64,000 bases of DNA from an uncultured Chloroflexia bacterium (GTDB lineage Bacteria; Chloroflexota; Limnocylindria; Limnocylindrales; CSP1-4). The notes under the pieces are model-generated. The model made no database searches. It saw only the letters and a program-made list of their open reading frames with translations, and was not told where the DNA came from. The number at the start of each line of letters is the position of its first letter. Within the stretch, counting starts at the first letter, position 1. Position numbers and translations under genes: made by a program. The DNA lies in assembly GCA_963833225.1 (NCBI GenBank), contig CAWHXD010000019.1, forward strand, positions 416,001-480,000, given 5' to 3'. Shown piece by piece: positions 59,590 through 64,000 of this stretch.

Positions 59590-60654
59590 TCAGGCCCCGG
59601 TCGGGATCGCAGCCGACGTGGCAGCCGCGGTCGCCCGCCGCTCGGCCGTCGTCAGGAGCGGGCTGTCGCCGGTGCGGTAGCGGCGGGCGATCCCCTGGGC
59701 GGCGCGCCTGACCGCCTCCGCCGCGTCGACCGAGGGCCGCCAGCCGAGGGCGGCGATCGCTCGGGTGTCGAACGCCACGAACGGCGTGTCGCCCCGCCAG
59801 CCGGCGCCCTTGGCGGCGACCTCCCGGTAGATCCGGGTCACCGTCGACGGGTCGATGCCGAGCGCCTCCACGATCAGGTCCGCCACCTCGTCCACGCTGA
59901 GGGTCCCCTCCGGTCCCACGTTGAGGACGGTGACCGGATCGGTCGCGAGACGCGCCGCATGGCGCATCCCGGCCACCAGGTCCGCCACGTCGACGAAGGG
60001 CTTGCGCTGGCGGCCGTCGCCCAGGATCTCGAGCCGGTCCGGATCACGCAGCAGCTTGACGACGAGGTCGTGGACCACGCCGTGGTCCGAGCTGGCACCC
60101 TGGGTGTTGCCGAAGCGGAAGGCGAGGGCCCGCCAGCCGTACAGGTGCGCGAAGCCGGACACGATCGCCTCGCCGGCCAGCTTGCCAGCCGCGTAGTGGG
60201 ATGCCGGCCGGAAGGGGCCGTCGCCCTCGGCGGTCGGCCGCCCGTGCGAGTCCCCGTAGACCACACCCGACGAGGCGTACCAGAGATCGGTCACGCCGTG
60301 GCGGAGCATCGTCTCGCACACGGTCTCCGTCCCCTGGATCCCGGCTCGGAAGTCGCGCTCGGGGTGGCCATATCCGCCCGCGATGTCGGTGCCCGCCGCA
60401 AGGTGGACGACCCGCCGGCAGCCCGCGATCGCGGCCTCGACCGCGCCCGCTTCGGCCACATCACCCTCAACGAGATGCCAGCCGGGCCTCCCGGCCAGCC
60501 GGGCCTCCCAGCCGGGGCTCGCGGTCGAGAGGTCGTCGAGGATCGTGACCTCGCAGCCGTCGTCGAGCAACGAACTGACCACTTCGCTGCCGACGAACCC
60601 GGCCCCCCCGGTGACCAGGGACGGGACGGGGGCAAGGGCTTCGGGCTCCGTCAC
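59590..60654 (-). CDS. NAD-dependent nucleotide-sugar epimerase/dehydratase (GalE-like)
   Basis: LVTGGAGFVGS, LDDLST, VHLAA, YASSGVVYG, YAAGK, HGVVHD.V.KL, ILGDGRQRK.F. Confidence 0.9.
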   Translation of the reverse strand: MTEPEALAPVPSLVTGGAGFVGSEVVSSLLDDGCEVTILDDLSTASPGWEARLAGRPGWHLVEGDVAEAGAVEAAIAGCRRVVHLAAGTDIAGGYGHPERDFRAGIQGTETVCETMLRHGVTDLWYASSGVVYGDSHGRPTAEGDGPFRPASHYAAGKLAGEAIVSGFAHLYGWRALAFRFGNTQGASSDHGVVHDLVVKLLRDPDRLEILGDGRQRKPFVDVADLVAGMRHAARLATDPVTVLNVGPEGTLSVDEVADLIVEALGIDPSTVTRIYREVAAKGAGWRGDTPFVAFDTRAIAALGWRPSVDAAEAVRRAAQGIARRYRTGDSPLLTTAERRATAAATSAAIPTGA

Positions 60655-60658
60655 CTCG

Positions 60659-61213
60659 TCAGCCGGGCCAGCGCCGGCGCGTCGCGGCGAACCGGGCGTC
60701 GAGGCCATGCCACCGGCCGGCCCGGAACGCGGCCAGGCAGAGCAGTGGGAGCCACTCCAGCGAGTACTCGTAGATCCACTTGTCGTTCCACAGCGTCGCG
60801 AACTGCAGGTGGAGCGCCATCCCGGCCGCGAGGAGGGCGGCGATGGGCGTCGCCAGGCCCAGGATCAGGAGCACCCCGACCAGCACCTCGGCGGCCCCGA
60901 GGCCGAACGCGAACAGCCCGAAGTTCGGGAGGACCACGTTCTCGACGAGGGCGCGGTACGGCTCGACGGGGTGCGGCTGGGTGACGACCTCGTACTGGAG
61001 GATCGAGTAGGCGCTGCGATTGCCGGTGGCCGCGATGACGAACCCCAGCGGGGTGTCGGGCCACAGGTTCGGGACGGCCGGCAGGAGCTTGGCAATCCCG
61101 TTGTGGAGGTACACGATCCCGAAGTAGATGCGGATCGCGGCCATCGCCCGCCCGAACCAGCGACTCCCGACGGCCTCCTCGATGGAGCCCCGCGGCGAAG
61201 CCATCGCGGTCAT
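60659..61213 (-). CDS. DoxX/DoxD-family membrane protein
   Basis: AAIRIYFGIVYL.NG..K, AEVLVGVLLILGL.T, G...GLD. AGGAGG RBS. Confidence 0.85.
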   Translation of the reverse strand: MTAMASPRGSIEEAVGSRWFGRAMAAIRIYFGIVYLHNGIAKLLPAVPNLWPDTPLGFVIAATGNRSAYSILQYEVVTQPHPVEPYRALVENVVLPNFGLFAFGLGAAEVLVGVLLILGLATPIAALLAAGMALHLQFATLWNDKWIYEYSLEWLPLLCLAAFRAGRWHGLDARFAATRRRWPG

Positions 61214-61238
61214 CAGATCCTCCTCCTGCAGGCGACGG

Positions 61239-62405
61239 TCAGCCGCACACGAAACGGTCGAGCCGGGCGGCGCGACCAGCCACGAGATCCACGAGGCGGC
61301 TCCGGACGCTGTCAAGGGCAGTCGCGAGCGAGGCGTCGGCCGGTGTCGGGAGCCGCATGTCGGGGTCGTTGGAGATCGGGTGCCACGACCACCCGAGCGC
61401 GTCGTATGTCGGCTCCGGCGCGACATCGTCCGCGCGGATGGCCTCACCCGCGTCGGCCGCCCCTCGGAGCGCGATGGGTCGGAAGATGCGGTCGGCGGGC
61501 GCAACTCCCAGCTCGTCGGCCAGGCGGTGGAGCGCCGGCAGCTCGCCGAGGCTTGCCTCCGAGAGGCTGGCGGCAAGCCGGACCGGGACGCCGGCATCGC
61601 GCAGGGTCGCGATCCCCGCCAGTGCGCGCGCGTGGGCTCCCGCGCCGCGATGCGCATCGTGGAGCACGGGCGTTGCCGAATCGAGGCTCACCTGGAAGGT
61701 GACGCGCCGCCCGCCCGCAGCGACCGTGCGCAGCCGGTCCCATCGCGGGCCGCGCAGGAGCATCGCGTTGCTCAGGATCGTGACCGGGATCATGGCGGAA
61801 ACGGCGCTGACGATCTCGGGCAGGTCCGGCCGCAGCGTCGGCTCGCCGCCCGTCAGGAACAGGCGCTCGAACCCGAGGCCGGCGGCCTCGCCGGCGAGCT
61901 CGACGATCCTCGCTCCATCGACTCGGCGCGGGTCGGCACGTGGGCCGGCCACCACACAGCAGTAGTCGCAGGCGAGATTGCAGTCGTAGTTGGTGTAGAT
62001 CCACAGCCGCCGCGGCATCAGCTCGCCGACCTGGTCAAGGGTGCTCGCACCGGGCTGCGCCGAGCCCTGGTCGTCGGTGCCGGCATCACGGTCGCCGGGT
62101 GCCGCCCAGTCCGTGCGCGCTCGCCCCTTGCGCAGGTAGTACCGGCGCCAGCCCGGGCGCCCGGGATCGTCCTCGATTCGCAGGAGCCCATGACCCGCCG
62201 AGGTGGCGAAGCCCTGGAGCTCCTGGGCCAGTGCCGAGACCGGGCTCGTGATCAGCAGGACCTGTCCGCGTCGGAGGCCCAGGAGCGCCGCATGGATGCG
62301 CAGCAGGAGACCCGAGCCCAGATCTGCCCGGCCGTCCTCGAGCTCGGCGTGGACCGGGATCGGCCGGGTGCCTCCGTAGGAGGGGAGCGCCATCGGCAGC
62401 GTCAT
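61239..62405 (-). CDS. Radical SAM protein (Rv1681/MoeX-like) with N-terminal TusA/SirA-like domain
   Basis: RLWIYTNYDCNLACDYCC, LTGGEP, QVSLDS, HD..RG.G, WHP, C-terminal FVCG. N-terminus GSGLLL...L..GQVL.I.S....QEL..FA...GH.......YYLRKG. Confidence 0.9.
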   Translation of the reverse strand: MTLPMALPSYGGTRPIPVHAELEDGRADLGSGLLLRIHAALLGLRRGQVLLITSPVSALAQELQGFATSAGHGLLRIEDDPGRPGWRRYYLRKGRARTDWAAPGDRDAGTDDQGSAQPGASTLDQVGELMPRRLWIYTNYDCNLACDYCCVVAGPRADPRRVDGARIVELAGEAAGLGFERLFLTGGEPTLRPDLPEIVSAVSAMIPVTILSNAMLLRGPRWDRLRTVAAGGRRVTFQVSLDSATPVLHDAHRGAGAHARALAGIATLRDAGVPVRLAASLSEASLGELPALHRLADELGVAPADRIFRPIALRGAADAGEAIRADDVAPEPTYDALGWSWHPISNDPDMRLPTPADASLATALDSVRSRLVDLVAGRAARLDRFVCG

Positions 62406-62533
62406 GAGCGGCACGGTACGAGGGCCCTGTGACGCCACGGTGACGCTTGACCTCCCCGCGCTGGCATCAGCGGCCCCGCGAGCTGCGTCCGATGGCCCTT
62501 GCCCGGGCCCCGTGACACGGGCAGCCTCGACGG

Positions 62534-63019
62534 ATGTGGACGAGACGGGGCGGCACCGGCGGGGCGCTCGACGGGCCGTCGCTGCGCGCCGCGGGCATCG
62601 TCTGGATGGTCGTGAACGCGGTGAACGTGCTCCAGGCCGCCGGGTTCGCGACGCGCCCGTTCGCCCCTGAGGTCAACCCGGTTCTCGGTCTGGTCATCGC
62701 GGCCCTGGCCGTGCCCGCCACCTGGGCGCTCCTGATCTTCGTCCGCCAGCGGGCCGGCTGGCGGCATCTTGTGGGCCCGGTCGCCTTCGACGTGTTCGTG
62801 GTCCTGATGCTGTGGGTGGATCAGATCGCCAACATCGAGTGGCGCAACCCCGTCGTCCCGGCCATCCAGGTCCCGTACCTGTCCCTGTTCTTCGGCAGCA
62901 TCCTGCTGATGGGGCTCCCCATGTTCCGGATCGACCGCCGTCGGTGGCTGGTCACAGCGGTCACGACGATCACCCTGCTTGCGGCCATGATCTACGCGAC
63001 GGCGGCCGGCGTCGGCTGA
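62534..63019 (+). CDS. Hypothetical membrane protein (about 5 TM)
   Basis: Several hydrophobic helices; coding-like codon usage. Confidence 0.75.
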   Translation: MWTRRGGTGGALDGPSLRAAGIVWMVVNAVNVLQAAGFATRPFAPEVNPVLGLVIAALAVPATWALLIFVRQRAGWRHLVGPVAFDVFVVLMLWVDQIANIEWRNPVVPAIQVPYLSLFFGSILLMGLPMFRIDRRRWLVTAVTTITLLAAMIYATAAGVG

Positions 63020-63027
63020 CGACAGCC

Positions 63028-63049
63028 CCCACTGGCCGGGGCCGGTGGG
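63028..63049 (+). terminator. GC-rich hairpin after the membrane protein gene
   Basis: CCCACTGGCC-GG-GGCCGGTGGG. Confidence 0.4.
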
Positions 63050-63087
63050 CACTATTGCCGGGCGTGGGTCAGCGCCATCCTTGCGGC

Positions 63088-64000
63088 ATGCCCGACGACG
63101 TCCTCGACTGGCTCCTGGATCCCGCTGATCCCGGGGTCCGCCACCTCGCGCTCCGGGATCTCCTGGGACGCCAGCCCAGCGACCCGGAGCTCACCCTCGC
63201 CCGCGACGAAGCGATGGCCGCGCCGCCCATCCGCACCATCCTCGACGCGCAGGACGCGGCCGGCTGGTGGGTCAGACCCGGCCCGGGCTACGGCGGCAAG
63301 TACACGGGAACGACCTGGTCGCTCATCTTCCTCGAGCAGATGGGTGCTGATGGTGCCGATCCCGGGATCGCCCGCGGCTGCGACTACGTCCTCGACCACG
63401 CGCAGGCACCAAGCGGCGGCTTCGGCTACGGCGGCTGGCTGGACGAGGGCAGGCGGCCGCCCCCGTCCTCGGTGATCCACTGCCTCAACGGCAACCTGCT
63501 GCGAGCCCTGATCCGCTTCGGCTGGCTGGACGATCCGCGCACGCAGGCCGCGATCGCGTGGCAGACCGCGGCCATCACCGGGGACGGCGATATCCGCTGG
63601 TACAGGTCGACGACCAGCGGACCGGGCTTCGCCTGCGGCGTCAACGAGCAGCTACCCTGCGGCTGGGGCGCGGTCAAGGCGCTGCGGGGCCTGGCCGCGA
63701 TCCCGCCCGATCGCCGAAGCCCGGAGGTCCGGGCCGCCATCGATGCCTCCGTCGCGTTCCTGCTCTCGCGCGATCCCGCGGTCGCGGACTACCCGATGGG
63801 GTGGGGCAACGCCCGCCCCAGTGGCTCCTGGTTCAAGCTCGGCTTCCCGTCGGGGTACGTGGCGGACGTGCTCCAGGTGCTCGAGGTTCTCGCGGAGCTG
63901 GGGCTCGCCGATGACCCGCGCCTGGACCGTTCCCTGGACCTCGTGCGGGGCAAGCGCGATGCGACCGGCCGCTGGCGGAACGAGAACCCGTACCGGGGCA
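63088..64000 (+). CDS. Prenyltransferase/squalene-cyclase-like alpha-alpha toroid protein (3'-truncated; absent from ORF track)
   Basis: Translated by hand: MPDDVLDWLLDPADPGVRHLALRDLLG...ILDAQDAAGWW...YGGKYTGTTWSL...HCLNGN...KLGFPSGY.ADVL..LE.L...KRDATGRW; no stop before the window end. Confidence 0.75.
   Translation, partial: MPDDVLDWLLDPADPGVRHLALRDLLGRQPSDPELTLARDEAMAAPPIRTILDAQDAAGWWVRPGPGYGGKYTGTTWSLIFLEQMGADGADPGIARGCDYVLDHAQAPSGGFGYGGWLDEGRRPPPSSVIHCLNGNLLRALIRFGWLDDPRTQAAIAWQTAAITGDGDIRWYRSTTSGPGFACGVNEQLPCGWGAVKALRGLAAIPPDRRSPEVRAAIDASVAFLLSRDPAVADYPMGWGNARPSGSWFKLGFPSGYVADVLQVLEVLAELGLADDPRLDRSLDLVRGKRDATGRWRNENPYRG

Noticed and set aside
1404-60984. Many long antisense or alternate-frame ORFs (e.g. 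1404-3170, 3360-5126, 25508-27610, 43200-44798, 56560-58227)
   Set aside because: Shadow ORFs expected from very high GC3; Arg/Pro/Gly-rich or mirror translations with no motifs.
54558-62405. Selenocysteine codons or a RiPP precursor for the radical SAM operon
   Set aside because: No in-frame TGA at catalytic positions, no SPASM/RRE domain and no convincing short precursor ORF were seen.

Overview
64 kb of very GC-rich (roughly 70% by eye) bacterial DNA. The Pro/Ala-rich lipoprotein linker and gene content suggest Chloroflexota or Actinomycetota (inference). No rRNA, tRNA, CRISPR or mobile element was seen. (1) 1-28.8 kb is a large deoxy/L-sugar catabolic island with three LacI regulators. 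It holds fucU-fucI; a corrinoid protein plus two UroD/MtaA-fold proteins plus rhaM; larA; lactonase, Gfo/Idh/MocA, AKR, FAH and a split UxaA; a CaiB-SBP-MaoC module; a sugar ABC transporter; and a GDP-mannose 3,5-epimerase/GHMP kinase/nucleotidyltransferase/manC module sharing a TGGTAACGTTACCA-type operator. (2) 28-42.6 kb holds alr and a 12-gene GMC-oxidoreductase catabolic operon, riddled with single-base indels that look like long-read assembly error. (3) 42.6-54.5 kb is miscellaneous: head-to-head AlaDH/PNT-like paralogs, an orphan response regulator, DUF2652-SRPBCC, VIT1, TetR/SnoaL and MarR/ClC. (4) 54.5-62.4 kb is the top candidate system, a 7-gene minus-strand operon. It joins homologs of the uncharacterised mycobacterial Rv1679-Rv1680-Rv1681 cassette (acyl-CoA dehydrogenase, cytoplasmic SBP-fold protein, radical SAM) to a glycosylation module (epimerase, GT2-DUF2064 fusion, DUF2079 membrane GT, DoxX). 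All family calls come from motif recognition and memory, not database searches.
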